A DNA stretch of 62,795 bases, the filler included, from Bipalium vagum (taxonomy: Eukaryota): NCBI GenBank assembly GCA_037834085.1. It is 3 parts of 3 records of this genome, joined end to end, with 100 filler letters (N's around TTAATTAATTAA, not from the genome) between each part and the next. Parts side by side here need not be neighbours in the genome. Positions count along the whole stretch, not along the records: positions 1 to 27,163 come from JBBMKC010104587.1; 2 more parts are not named here. The stretch is one strand, 5' to 3'. This document shows, piece after piece, positions 1 to 14,609 of this stretch (within the stretch, counting starts at the first letter, position 1; each line of letters begins with the position of its first letter). The notes under the pieces are model-generated. The model ran no database searches, was not told the origin of the DNA, and saw nothing but the letters and a program-made list of their open reading frames with translations. The position numbers and the translations under genes are program-made.

Positions 1-64
<64 letters not shown>
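1..64. repeat. (TTA)n microsatellite; others at 8921-8980, 16731-16766, 34750-34806, 37985-38039, 43585-43660 (TTA then TAG) and 62724-62795
   Basis: Direct reading of the sequence. Confidence 0.98.
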
Positions 65-66
<2 letters not shown>

Positions 67-2614
67 TTGGAATTTCATTTCAATATCATTATTACGGATT
101 AATTATTAATTAATTTATTCATTGTGTAATCAGATAATATAATAGCATCTGACATTGAAAATATATAATTTTAAATATATAATTTATTGGAAAATAATTT
201 TTATCGAATTGTTCAGTCTTGTCTCGGACTTTTGGAAATTAAATAATTTTTGTTTAATTTATTTCTTTTCAATTTTTTAACTGAAAATATATCTCTTTTC
301 AAATGATTCCAAGATCAAAATCAATAATATCAAGATCTCGATCTCAAGCTGCATGNNNNNNNNNNNNNNNNNNNNNNNNNNNNNNNNNNNNNNNNNNNNN
401 NNNNNNNNNNNNNNNNNNNNNNNNNNNNNNNNNNNNNNNNNNNNNNNNNNNNNNNNNNNNNNNNNNNNNNNNNNNNNNNNNNNNNNNNNNNNNNNNNNNN
501 NNNNNNNNNNNNNNNNNNNCTTGGTGTGGCTGCCAGGAATGGTTCAAGCAATTATTTTGGATTATTTGTTTAAAATACGAATCCCACACTAAAGTTATTA
601 AAAAAGGTTATTAGTATTTTAGAGATTACAGTTTTTAATATTTATTAGATTTAAAGGGCATAATAAATGTTGGTAAATTTTTGTAAATTAAATAATAAAA
701 AAATGGGTGTGATCCATTTTTGCAAAGTTTGTTTGAATAATCACAATTGCACTAAGGTGTATTCTTTACACTTTTGTCAAATCTCTGTATTAATTCAAAT
801 GAAATAACTGTGATAGTTAACAGGAATATAACTATGGGTTTATGAATAGTAAATTAAGCAGTTTTATTATTCGAGAATTGTCAAGGTCGATAAGATGTAA
901 AATGTGTTTGTAAAATCTTCAATTACTTTCTTACCAACCAAATATTTGGTAAATGTTCTTAACTCTGCCTATTAGACATATGAAATAGATATCAACTTTG
1001 AACTTTCATTGTCGGAAGAGCACGGGAATGTAATGTTAACTCAATACACTAAATTTTCGACACAGGCAACTTCAGCTTAATCAATTTTTCTTGAAAAGTA
1101 GCTTACAAAAAATAGGTCAATTAAAGCCAAAACGACAACAAATTATATTTATACAAAAACTTTTGTCTCTAAAGTCATTACAAAACAAACATCAATATAC
1201 ATATATTAAAATTTTAAGAGCTTTATTTCGAAAGTCGCTTATAGAGAGAATTTAGCATATCATGAAGTCTCCAAAATTAATATTATTTTATGAAGGCTTT
1301 TTGAATTCGTAATAAAACTCTTTTTTATCAGGGAAACATTTTTTGGAGCCTGAATATCAGCAAGAATTTCAGAAAACGAAATGTAAGAATTTTTTGTAAA
1401 ATAAGTTAACCGTAAACTCATTGACATAAGTAATTTTATTTTAACTATAAGTATGCAGTTCAAATAATATAAGATAATCGCATGAGATAACTCTTTAACA
1501 AATAAAAATTTACAAAGACATGAAATAGTAAATTGTATCTGCATTATCAAATTTAGATAAGAAGACCTAAAAGTAAGGACGAAATATTTAAAAATAATGC
1601 AGAACTTATTCCACAACCCAATAATAAGAGATTCTGTTCAATAAAAGGAATGTCGTGATCTCAACGAAAAATAGAACAATTTGGAAAAATGATTTATCAT
1701 TTAAGAAAATATTGATTATTTCACTGAATATATTTAACCATATTGTAGAATTATTTTGAAGAAATTGATATTATGGTTAGAAGATAAGGATCCAAGAGTC
1801 TTTTATAATTTAAAAATTGATGACATGGATTATATTAATTTCAGACCGTACGAGGTTCATGAAATTTTTACATACCACAGAGATATTTTAAATATACCTA
1901 TATTCTAAATTCTCTTAAATCCTATGCTTCAAAAGATCATATTGAAGAACCCCACCGAAATATATTTTGGAAAAAGAATTTGTGAAATTGGACAAATTAT
2001 TGATAAGATACCTTAAACACAAGACATTAAAGTGTACATTACATGAAATGAATATTTAAACAATTTATTTTAAATTATTTTCGTTATTTTAAAAGATTTA
2101 TTATTTAAAGACTTAATTTAATTTCCATAATTAAATTGTTACTTTTTCTTTGTTAAAAATGATATATTTAACACACTGGCTGTCAAGGACGGGGGACTGT
2201 CTTTGACAATATCAGGAATAATTACATGCTGCCATCTAAGGAAAGCACATATGGTTAGTTTCAATTGGAAATTAAATAACCTTTAGGATGTAACAGTAAC
2301 TGGCAAAGTAGTCTGTGCTGAAAAATATTTGATATATTAAAGATATAAAATCTTTACTTTTCCTCTAAATTTCCGAATCTAAACGAATATCATTTCTGAT
2401 TTTAAAAACTCGTCGTATTCATATTTTAAAGACTAATAACATCTAAAGTTAACGCCTTTACAATTTGCAAATTAAAAAGATTTTCTAAATAAACTTAGAC
2501 GGATAGATTTTTCAACCAGAGAGTTTTAAAAGAGCATTTTCTATAAAAGAAAATCACAATTAAGATGCTAAGATTATCCATAAAAAAAGTGTATCACCAA
2601 GTGAAGCTAATAAA

Positions 2615-3330
2615 TATTAGATTGGTAGAAAAGTTTAGTTATCTGTGTAAAAAACAAAAATCCATAAGTTAAATGTATTCCATTTCGTTCGATGGCCATT
2701 TCCATCTTTTGCTGAGTTTTAAAATCCCTGGTTCATCGAAGGACTTGTCTTTATTGTCCAAAAATTAAACAATTTGATCTTTTAAAGTCTCGTTTGAATT
2801 GAACCGTATACGTTTATGGAATTTTGAAGAAAGAAAAATGAAAGTCTGATGACGCAAGGTCAGGTGAGTATGATGGGTGTCACAGCACGTTTCATCAAAA
2901 CAGCAATATTTTTTGACTCGTTATCGAAATTGTGTGTGACCGTCCATTGTCATGATGAAACCAAACTCTTTTTGAATTAACGAGATCTGGACGTTTCTGA
3001 ATGATAACTTCGTTCAAACTGTCCACTGGCCAACAATACACAATTAAATTGATAGTTGTTTTACTTATGAGCTCAAAAAACATGACAGCAAATCGAGAGC
3101 ATAACCTTTTTCTGCTGACTTTGATTTATGTAAATTGAAAGGTAAATTGACCAAGAACCTCAGTACGTTACATTGTGATTGAATCCTTTTTCATCACAAA
3201 TTATCAACAGATTCAAAATAGGATTGATTTTCTCACACTTTAAATTAATTAAAATTATAAATAACAATAACTTTTGAGTTTCCTTTATTAATTCTTGTGG
3301 AGTTTCTAGTGCTTATCTAGTTTTTCTAGT
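2615..3330 (-). mobile_element. Decayed mariner (DD34D) transposon
   Basis: VWFHHDNGRSHT and HPSYSPDLASSDF motifs; terminal tattagattggt-like TIR. Confidence 0.85.
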
Positions 3331-3699
3331 GCTCATCTAACAATATAGTTTTCACATATGGGACTGCTTTTGAGTCTGGATTATTTTTATGGTAAACTTA
3401 ATTTAGCAGATATGAGAATGCCTTAAACAATCTGTGAATCTCATAAAGGATATCTAAAGGAAAATAATTAAGCAGGATGTATCATTTGTGGTTTTGTAAT
3501 TTATTCATATTAAAATAACATTAATTCTAATTCTGGAAAAACAGAAAAAAGAAAATGGCAAAGTTTTCTAAATTAAAACGTAACAATATTTAGTAAAAAA
3601 ACTTTTATTATACCTATTAATTTTAAACTGTATAATACTAAATAAAATGGTGTTTTTTTATAAGTATTATTATTATTAATATTATAGTAAGTTTAGGCT

Positions 3700-4060
3700 A
3701 ATCTACTATGGTGATGGAAAAGTTCGTGCTCTAAATTATATATTTATTTATTTACAACAATAACACTACTCTTCAAAATAAAGTGCACCAGCTTCAATGA
3801 ATTTACGCCACAGATCTAAGTCAAAGTATAATTTTCTTTGTTTTGATTCGAAAACGTTTTACAAGCCCCTTCAATTTCAGCTCTAGATTCAAATCGGCAC
3901 TCGCTGAGGAATGGTTGCATAGATCAAAATAACCCATAATCAGATAGTTCAGCATGAGGACTGCAGGCAGGAATATGTCAGATTTCAACTCTTTCCTGGT
4001 TTTCAAATTTTTCTTTGATTATCCGAGCAGCGTATGACTTAGCTTGTCCTGGTGAAACAA
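3700..4060 (-). mobile_element. Mariner transposase C-terminal remnant
   Basis: PACSPHAELSDYGLF*SMQPFLSECRFES, a degenerate YSPDLAPSDY..LFRSMQ. Confidence 0.7.
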
Positions 4061-4089
4061 TGTCCGACGAAGGATGGGATACCTTAGCT

Positions 4090-4725
4090 TAAGTGCATCA
4101 TAAACAAGATCAAGTTGCTTACATCAGGTTAATTACATTAGTTTATAAAGAAGGAAAATGGTTGCCATATGAACTGAAAGAAAGATATATGGATAGGAGA
4201 AAAACAGTGTGTGAACTCTTGCGTGAAAGTCAAAAAAGAAAAGATTTCCCCGGATTTTGACTGAAGACGAAAAGCAGATATACTTTCACAATACTAAACT
4301 AAGAAGATTGATAGCTGACAGGGGACAACTGTCCAACAACATCAAAGCGTAATTTTACTGTAAGAAAATTATGTGAGATCAAAAAGGTATAGTGTATCAT
4401 GAGTTGTTAAAAGAACCAAACCGTTAATGCTCAGATTTGTAAACATTAAATGATAGATTTGAATAAGTCATTGATAAAAAGCAACAAGGATATACAAAGA
4501 GAAACGCTTTCCATGGACATTGAAATCAAGCTGACTATCAATAATACAGATCTTTCACTTTAACAATAAATGAATGAAAGAACAAGTTATTTTTCCGGCA
4601 ACGATTCCAACAATTGCCATTCAGATAGAAAAATACTAACAAATACTTTGATTAGTGAATTTTTACTTGTTTTTTCATTATTTTTTATTATATTAAAAAA
4701 CGGTGAATTAATTCGCACATTTAAT
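4090..4725 (+). mobile_element. Decayed mariner transposon
   Basis: GKWLPYELKERDMDRR (WVPHEL motif), ILTEDEKQIYFHN and GIVYHELL. Confidence 0.8.
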
Positions 4726-5744
4726 ATTTAATTTTTCTCTTTCTTATATTTTAAATTCTTTTATTAGTTATTATTAACAAATTATTTCAATAATAACATT
4801 TGTTCTATTTATCTGTATTTATTCTTAACCGTTTTCTGTCGGCTTATTAAATATTTTTTTAAAATTTTCATTACTTTTTTTCTTACTTTTACTAAAATGT
4901 GTTTGTTGATAATATTAAATAACAAATGAAAAATATAAAAAATAATTAGAAATATTTTCCCAAAATATTTGATATGCATTTATTGGATTTTCTGGTGAAA
5001 ATAATTATTTACATGAAAATTAAAATCGTTTCATGGACCGACTTCCACAAATTCCATTATCTTACATTGTTTGAAATGACCACGAAACACGTCGACGCTT
5101 TTTGATCCTACTCAAATTGAATATTTTCCTGCGAAAAAAAACATTATTTGAAAAATAATTATCAATTAACTTTAGCAAAATGATTATTATTTTTTATTAT
5201 TATTTTTATTGTTTTCAAGTAAAATTTCCGATATGTAATAGAAAATTCTAGATATAACATCGCAATGTTTTCCATTTTTTAATATTAATGTTTTTTATTT
5301 TGTTTTACACCATTTCGTCAAAATCTGAACTTTCGTTTAAATAAATATTTCATGAAGGAAAGATCTTATGAGAATTGTTTTGTAGACTTTCCTGAATTTT
5401 TGATATTTTAGCAAATAGGAATGCTTTAAAGAATATAATATAATTTATAATTTAATTTGTAAATTAAATATTATTTTTAAAAATTATGGTAAATAATTTT
5501 TTATCAAATTAAAAATAATAATTTATTATTATAAAATTAAAAATATTATTTTATTTTATAAAATTAAAAATAATTTATTTTATAAAATTATAAAAATTAA
5601 TTAATTAATTAATTATTAATTAATTTATTAATTTTTAAAAAATTAAAATCAATAATTTTTTTTTAATATTTAATAAACGAATCTTTTCAATAATTAGATA
5701 AAAATACAAACGATAGAATTATAAATCAAAAAATTATTTAATAT

Positions 5745-7110
5745 ATTAGGTTGTATCGAAAGTTTCCATGAATTTAAAATTCATATAAACTATGATGCAA
5801 TTATTTGGAAAAAATAAAAAAAACAATTTATTATCTTTAAAAATAAGAACCGTATTTATGTACAACATTTTGCCATATTTCGGCTAGTTTTAAAATATTT
5901 TTAAACCGGTATTATTCTTTATACTTTGAAACAAAGAAAGTCATGCAAAATTTCTTTATTTCTTCAAGATTAACAAACCAATTTCCCAAAAAGTGTTAAA
6001 TCGATCTAAAAGGTGCAAAATCTGAGAATATAAGGAGAATGAGGTAAGAGTTCAACCCCATCAACTGAAGTAATAATATATTGAGTAGGAATACAGTATA
6101 ATTTAAATATATAAAGCAATTATTGGATTTTGAAATTAGTAACATGGCTTTTGAGTACTCAAAACTGAATCGATGCTAGAGACGATAATAAATAATATTA
6201 TTATTGAATGATAACAGTAGTAATAGAAACAATGATAATAATAAATAAAAGAAAGTTATTGTCATAGATAAAAAATATTTACGAGAAGTAATGAATATCG
6301 ATTGAATATCATTATTGAATATACCGTTAACCATAATTGAAAGATTAAAGATTTTTAAAGTTGATAAAAATAATTATTAATTATCAAAAAGAGATTGTAT
6401 GACTGATTAGTTTCAGTTATATTCTTGGTCAAACTTCTTAATCGGTTAAGTTAACAGAATTATGGTATATGAAAAGTCCAAAATCACTAGGTAGCCATCA
6501 CTAAGGATTCTGAAAGTTATTGATAAACTAATATTTTGAAGTTTTTGTTAATTTGATTTTTTTGTAGACGATATTGAGCGTTGAACGATCATACATTATG
6601 CTGACCAATAATGACTTTATTTCTGTTTGACAAAGATGGCCATGTTTTTAATTTCACTTTTCAATCTCTCCAAATGAGCACAATACACATCCGTGGTTAT
6701 TGTTTCCCCAAGTTGCATTTGTTCAAAATTTGGCATTTATGATTAGCATTTTTGCACATAACACTTTTCTCGCAATCAGTTATCAGTTATCATACGAACC
6801 TGGAAGTCATTTTTGAAAACAAAAATTTTGCATAATTAAATAAATTTATTATTTGACCATTTGTAAGTTCGTGAGGCGTCAACATCTTTGTCTTGCTTTC
6901 CACAAATATCGGCAAATTGTTTTTCTATTTATTCCTAATTGTGAACTCATCCCAACCGGTGTTTAACGCGGATTTCATTGAATTGATACTTGTGTAAAAT
7001 ATTACTATCCTCAACATGCTGTGGAAAAGACTGGTCAAGGAGTGTTTAATATCTTATCTTTAACGTTGACTCCATTCTCAGTCTTCTATATATAACTGAA
7101 ACGAAATCTA
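5745..7110 (-). mobile_element. Mariner remnants (one or two elements)
   Basis: VELLPHSPY..DFAPF at about 6060-6010 and an HDNARPH-like remnant at about 6590. TIR tattaggttgtatcgaaagtttcc at 5745 is shared with 10530-10559 (reverse complement). Confidence 0.6.
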
Positions 7111-8918
7111 TTAACATCTTTAATTTATTGTGCAGAAACTACTTGTCACATTCAATATATAATTTAATAAATAAATTTTATTTTTAAAAAAAATATCAAA
7201 GATTCACTTACAAAAATCGCTCTATACAAAAAGGAAAAATGTAAAAATTTTAAAAAATGTAAACAAAAAGATGTGACCCAGAAAAATACTATTTCATATA
7301 AAATAATTATACAACGGAATGTCACAAATGAGATTTTCATGACAATATGACATTTTCAGATCCTGAAATGTAAAATTAAATTAATAATGTTGAAGATCAA
7401 ATACACAATAGACAATATTTATGCTCACGTACCTCTCACTAATAATAATTTTTATCTATTATTTATATTAAATAAAACACATTATTTTATATTTTAATTA
7501 AAATTTATTATTTAATTTTATTACGTGGTACTTTTAAAATGAACTTTATGTAAACATAATAATTATATTTTAACGTACCATTTGAAAATACTTTTACAAT
7601 TCAGCTGATATTGTTTTTGTTTTTTATTTAATTTAATTTTTTATTATTTATTAATTTTTGTATTATAATAGAAAATTATTCTTTCAGAAAAATGTTGTTT
7701 ATAAATATTTATGATAAAAAAGGGAAGTAATTTTTTGAAAGAGAATTTTCAAATTATAAAAAAATTCTAAATATAAAATTAAAAAAAAATATATGACAAA
7801 AAAATATATTTTGAATTTTTACTCAAACGAAAAATAAAATAAATAAAAAAATAATAAATAATTTCGTGCAACTGAAAATGATATTATAAAAATCAATGAA
7901 AACAATTTGGCAAACCAAATTTGAAACGTTAATAAAATGTGGAAAAAAAATGATAAAAATTCATAATGAAAATTTTTATAGAAATTAATTGTGCAAAACT
8001 TTCTCTATGAGAAATAAAAGGAATTAAAATCCATGCAATTTATGTTTCCAAAAAGAATTAATTCACATAATATTTGAAGGAGAACGATAATTATTGTCAT
8101 GACATGAATATATATTAGAGTAATTAGGCATTGCTGAGCAAGATGCATTTTTATTTGTATTTTATTGAAAAATCTTTATTTATATAATAATATATTCAAA
8201 AACACAGATAATTTTACCAAACTAATTTTAAATAATCTCGGGTGAATATTATTTTAATTTCTTCAAACATTATTTTTACTTTTCGCTTTTATTATTTTTA
8301 TTCTACTCTAAGGTTTTGAACAAAATAATTATTATAATTTAAAAATAAACCAGAATAAAATTAATTACATAAAATATGAAAAAATATGAAAAAATATGAG
8401 AAATATTTTATTTATTTATTTACATCTTAAACAGGAATTTTTCTTATTATTTATTTAAAGAAAAAAGAATAGAGCTACGTATCATAAAAATATTATATAA
8501 ATAATATTTTTTAATACATTATATATTTATTTAATTGTTTATTTAATTATATATATTTAATTATATAAAAAATTAATTATCATATATGCTCTATCAATAC
8601 ATTTTTTTGATTAATTCAAAAAAATGTGTGCATTAATTTTAAAAGAAACATATTTCAAACTGTTTTATAGGTTAAATTATTATTTATTATCTTAAAATTT
8701 TAAAAAATCTTAATAAAAAGTATTTTAATTATTTATTAATTATTTATTTATTATTATTTTTTATTTATTAATTATTTTAATATAATAATTTTTTTAAATT
8801 ATCATTGATTTTTTCTTCAGTTTATGTGAGAAAGCAATTAATTGATTTTTGCTCTCCTCAATTTATGTATTATTTATCTCTATTTCATTCTGTAATCAAT
8901 AATAATTCGCAGATTTAT

Positions 8919-8980
<62 letters not shown>

Positions 8981-9024
8981 CTCGTGATCATCTTAAATTC
9001 TTTAACAAAAGCTTTTCATTATTT

Positions 9025-11087
9025 TATAGTTCTCTTTTTGGAATGATATGAAACTTTACTGATTCCTTATATTTGCGAATGTTCATTAATAGCTGTTTTG
9101 AGGTGACATTGTGTTTATCATATACATAGATTATTGCACCAATGAAATTTGAATTGGAACATTTTTTGTAACTGTTTAAATGATTAATAACCATGCAAAA
9201 AGAAAATGTCTAGGAATTCTTTAGAAAAAAATTGAAGAAAATAAAATTAAGAAAACAAGAGTAAAATTCCTAATTGATTACTGTTAAATTTTGAAATATA
9301 TAATTTGGCAAAATTAGATTTCATTTTTTTCTTTTTATAAAATAATATCATTTTTCGCACTTTCTTTTATTTCATGTACATGTATAAGGTTTCTTTATCA
9401 GATTGTAGTAACAAAAGACCTGTTGCATACAAGCCCATGCCAAAAACAATGGTTATAGGAATGTGAGCGGATAAGTCAAACAAGGCATGCATCAAATTTT
9501 AAGAGAGTAAAATAATATCAATAATAAATAAATTTTATTAAAATTGTAAATTATTCCAAAAATAATAATAAAATGTCCTCTTTTTGGAATTTTGTTTTAC
9601 TAAATTACACAATAATTTAAATATAAATAAAATAAAATTTTATTAATTATAGATAAATATGGAATTGAATTGTAAAAATAAAAATAATTTCTTGAATAAT
9701 AACCAGAACATAGGAGCTTAAATTCGCAATTTCCTTCTGTTTTCTTTCTTTATGATAAAAGTTTAAATATAAGCCTAATACTATTGCATTATTACGTAAA
9801 GCCACTGTAACACTGTTTTCTCCATATTATTACAGAATCCATTGTTTGGCTTGAAGAAATATCACATTTGCATAATCTTTTTAACAAATAATCTTTAATT
9901 CAATTATTTCCCTAGATAAATGGAATTTTAGAAAATTTAGTCATTGGTATTTAAAGTATTTTTGTATATTAATATTTTTGTTTTAATATTCAGAAGGGAA
10001 AGATAATTTTTAAAGTAATAATAATATAATTAATTTTTTTATAAATAAATTTATAACTGACATTCTATTTATATTATGTGGTGTAAGAAATCCGTGAATT
10101 CATAATTCACACAAACTTTAATACAATTATATAAAAAATAACAATAAAAAAGTTTATTATTTTAAAAAAGGCTTGGAGAGATGTGGGTGATTAATTAATG
10201 CTTCGTGTATAACTCCCTCATTTATCAAAGATGGTCTTCCTTAACTGGGATTATCTTCGAAATACTATCTCCGTTTTGAAGCTTTTTGAACGCACAAGAA
10301 ACTTTTTGGCTACAATAGTAAAGCATCTTTCGAATAATAAAGGATCAAACCTCAAGTTTCAATTTTTCTGAATTCATTTTACTATCATTATAATTTTAAA
10401 TAAGTGCTAAGATATGCTTATTTAAACAAAACTTATAAATAAATTTGATAGTAAAATATCAATGATATCAAATGTTTAAGAATTGTTATTAAAAATGTTT
10501 ATGTTAATAAAAGAAAATTAGACTATAAAAATCACAGAAACTTTTGATACAACCAAATATTTATCAAGCACAATTTTTTCAATAAAAACTTCTAAAGGGT
10601 TTTTTCCAATTTTCATTTTGTTTTCATTTAATAAATCAGAAAACTTTTTAAAATATTTTAAATCTAAAATTAATTAATTATGCTCGAAACATTCACCGAT
10701 TTAATTAGTATAATGAAAATTTATTTTATTTAAATATCTAAATTGCTAAAATAGGACAAGGTCTGCATTATTTTTCTTATTGAGTGTTATTGAGTAAAGT
10801 AAATAAACTTATGTTTAAAAAAATTTTTAAAAAAATTATATTTCTCATAATTATATAATAATCCTAGTTATGTTGATAACTAATATGCTCTTAACAAAGT
10901 TCTTTGGTTTCTGGGCAAAGAAATGATTTTTTTGACCACTGAAGTCTTTCAAAAAAGTTCTCTTCATCTTAGCTTTAATAAAATACAGCATATCTTCTTC
11001 AGAATGCAAATGTTGGTGAGTGTAAAGGTGATATTTTCTCACATAAAATGGTTTTTTACCCTTAACACTATGTTCGGTCATAGGCAT
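9025..11087 (-). CDS. Tentative small multi-exon gene of unknown function
   Basis: Open segments MPMTEHSVKG... (11087-10851), ...ALFDLSAHIPITIVFGMGLYATGLLLLQSDKETLY (about 9500-9380) and terminal YKKCSNSNFIGAIIYVYD...KREL* (about 9171-9025). The last junction is phase-compatible (AT|GT ... CAG|T). Confidence 0.33.
10072..10559. mobile_element. Internally deleted mariner / MITE-like element
   Basis: Imperfect inverted ends; the right end reverse-complements the 5745 TIR, and the left flank resembles 5770-5845. Confidence 0.55.
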
Positions 11088-11159
11088 CTCATTTCAAACG
11101 GGTCTGGATTGGTATAATAATAATAATAGTAATAATAATAGAATATCTTTATCTTTGAT

Positions 11160-11960
11160 CATCTAAACTTGACAATGTCGAATGTTGAATTTCCAAGATT
11201 AGACCATGGTGCGCAATTAGCAATTTACACCTTATAATAGAATTGAAGTAACTAGATAAGAGTATTGGTTTACTACTGAGTAGAACTAGTAAAGAACACA
11301 TTCACTTTTGATTCCCGAAATCTTGTGTCGGTCACGAAAGTCTTGAAGATAAAGAACGACGTGGACGCCATTTGTCAGTCCACCAGGACAATTTAAAGAT
11401 TGAGTTGGTGTTTCTTATTTTATATTTTTTTATATTTAGTTTTATATTTATCAAGTTAACAATGTAAAACTTCAATTATTTTCCAGACATTCTAATATGT
11501 AAACAGATACTATTGGATCTTTTTTAAATAATAATCACTTTATGACATTATATACTCTAATTTCTTTAAAATTGTATCAGAAAGTTTATTTTCATTGCTT
11601 TAATCGTTTTTTGCTTCTGAGAAGAACTTACTTATCTACATGAGGCATACGGAAATGCAAGACTGATATTTATAATTATATCAGAGGCATTTCCTATGGT
11701 AGAAAAAATTTTTTTGGTGAAGAATGAATTGGATAAAGTCCAAAGAGGATCTCATTAGACTATTGCAAGAGGTTTTCAAAGAAATACATGCATTTTTCTA
11801 CGAAAATGGTGTCTTTTCATTAGTAAATCGATGGGCAACGTTCCTGGAATCAGAAGGTGATTACATAGAAAAATGAATCTGTGTTTACCTATATGTTTCA
11901 ATTGTTGTAAATAATAAGCTTTATCTTACCATTCATATTTCGTATGAGTGTAAGTAGTTC
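11160..11960 (+). mobile_element. Mariner remnants
   Basis: GHESLEDKERRGR (HTH/GRP-like) and FYENGVFSLVNRWATFLESEGDY (C-terminus). Confidence 0.65.
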
Positions 11961-14079
11961 TTGTGCTTTTTTTGTTGGAGAATAACTGGACTAAATGTGT
12001 TGAATTGCTAGGAGACTATGTTATATAATAATATGAATTTAAATAAAAAATTTACGTTTTTTCCTTTTCGCTTTCAGAATTTTTCACACAACCTATATGT
12101 ATTCTATGAATTCAGACGAAAATATTGTCCATTGAAAAATAATGTTTCGTACACATTTTTTATGAGTGTAAAACAAAATTTTATTAAACATTTATTATGA
12201 CAAATCTCATTGAATGATGAAAAGCTAACAAAAAATATTTTTCATTTATGAAAGCAGTTTTCTTATATAAAATAACGTCAACATATAATTGTTTATGGTA
12301 AGTATTTAAACCAATTATAGAATTTTGCAATTTTGAAAACGTGTCTCAATATTGAAAATAAAAATTAAAATTAAAAGGACCAGGTAATCCTTCAGTTATG
12401 CAACATAAAAATGACATTCTGAACGGGAAATAAAATAAATAAGTCTAAGATATTTGAACACCAATTTTCTTGTAAAATATCTTCTCGAGTTAAAATCAAC
12501 GATCGTTTATTTTGGCACTTGATCTACCCCACAACATGGCTGCTTAAGTTGAAACTAAAATAAATTCAAAAATTATGCACAGTAAAAAAGATTTTTTATA
12601 CTTCAAAATATTTTTAACCGCTTAAATGAGGGCTACTAAAGTCCAGTTATATCAATTTATTAAATCTGGAAAATTGGTTTAAGTGTTATTATTTTGTCTA
12701 TAGCAGAAAACATATCTATAAAACTATGTCTCAATTTGATGATTTCACCGATAACACCTATGGAATCTAATCCTCTCTGTATATATATAATAGAATGAAA
12801 AGTGGTATCTTTTTTTCATCTGCACCACAATCCATATAACGAACATATTGAGTGACGAAATTTGTTTTTGGTTAAACAAATTTAAATATGAAAAGTGAAT
12901 TCATTATTAAATTATTGCCGTATTCTTTTCGTTCGGTAATAATCGATTGTTTTGAAAAATAATATAATTTCTGTTTATTTGTATTCATATATTTTTAAGG
13001 TCGCTGTGATCTTTCTTGACTAAATTTAGAATCAAGTAGAGTAAGTTACTTTTTTACTTATGTCAACTTATACTTCTGTGTATCTAACAGATCGTTTTTA
13101 GAAGTTTATTTCTTTATCGTTTGAGATCTTTGCTGGACTTCTAACATCATACTTTCTGAGGTTAGGTAATTCTAATTAATTCTACAAAACTGATTTCAAT
13201 TTCATCTTATTTTACCATAATTTGGATCTCTTGCTCCAAATCAGGCTATTAAAGAGAATTATAAAAATTACTTTTTATATTATTTCATCTATTATTATAG
13301 TAATGAGCTCAAAAGTTTTAGGTGACAGTACAAGCTTTGCTGGTGGAACATCTTGTTCACAGAAATCCACATCAAATTATTTTGACTTTCATTAAATAAA
13401 TTAATCTCTTTTATAATTATTTCTGCTCCATTTAATTACACTGGAAATAAATAATTTTCTAGGCCAAATTTTAAGTTTTTATTTTTTAGTTCACACAGAA
13501 TTTGAGGAAAACTTCAAACTTAGTTTCTAAACTTTTTGTTTTTAATAAAAATACAATTTTTTATAAAAATTTCAGTTTTATTTATTTCTTCCCATAGACT
13601 GTTTTTTGACATGGTTGATTTAATCATGTTAATATACCAAAACTTTTTTAGACTCATTACAACTTGTTTACTCAAACTAACTCGCCTAAAACCCATATAT
13701 ATTTATTGTTAGCTACTGCGATTTTACTTTTGATATCCGGCATCATAAAAATTAAAAATGATTTCAAAAACTTCAAAAAAAGGAAATTAAAGCAAGAAAG
13801 ATTTTTAAAATAAATAAATTACGTAAATAAAATATTTTACAATGTTAAAAGAGAAAAAAATAAATCTATTAAAATATTATAGTATTAGTTATATTATAAA
13901 ATGTAAACCGACCAATAATTTTGTGAGTAATGTCAAACTCAGAAAATTCTATTCAGTCAAAATTTTGTTAAAGTGAAACGGAAAAGATAATTTAGAAAAA
14001 CACAAATTGTTTAAGAAAATTTTAATTTTTTTTGAATAATTCGATTATTGGTTAACATATATTTTAAGAAAACTTATGT

Positions 14080-14609
14080 TTTGTTTTATGGGACATAATT
14101 TAGAAGCCGTGTCAGTAACTAACTAATATGATGCACTTAATCACTATTACTAAAGATTACGACGCGAACGAAAATCTTTTTACATAAAATTGTGACAGGA
14201 GATAAGAAGTGGAACTGTTATGAGAATTCCAAATGCCATAAGCTAAAGAAATTTTTGCTCCATGAGATAACTCAAAAGTAATCAAAATCATGTTAAAATA
14301 TCTAGCCTGGGAAGTACTCACCCAGCCGTCATACTCACCAGATCCTCAGATTTATATTTGTTCTAGTCGATGACACATAGATTTGCTGACCTGCTCTTCA
14401 ATGCTTACGAAGATATCCAAAAACCGGTCTGTGGATGATTTATCTCTAAACAAGAAACATTTATTGGGACGGTTGCACAAGTTACTTGACAGAAGGAAGA
14501 AATGTATAGTTAACAATAGACATTTCTTTGAAAAAAATATTTCTAAATATCTTGAAATTTCGTGTTTGATTTTTCAAAAAATCCACATTATTTACCGGTA
14601 CACCTAATA
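14080..14609 (+). mobile_element. Internally deleted mariner
   Basis: HKIVTGDKKW and AWEVLTQPSYSPD motifs; terminal ...ccggtacacctaata. Confidence 0.8.

Noticed and set aside
303-614. ORFs spanning N runs (also 59048-59257)
   Set aside because: Artefacts of gaps.
8805-8987. Poly-Ile/Leu ORFs (also 36833-37060)
   Set aside because: Translation of TTA microsatellites.
9462-9474. TGTGAGCGGATAA, resembling the lac operator
   Set aside because: Only a 13-nt match with no other vector sequence, and it lies in a probable minus-strand exon; chance.
12380-13720. Possible highly decayed retroelement (DCGAD protease-like motif on the minus strand)
   Set aside because: A single weak motif with no supporting domains; needs a profile search.
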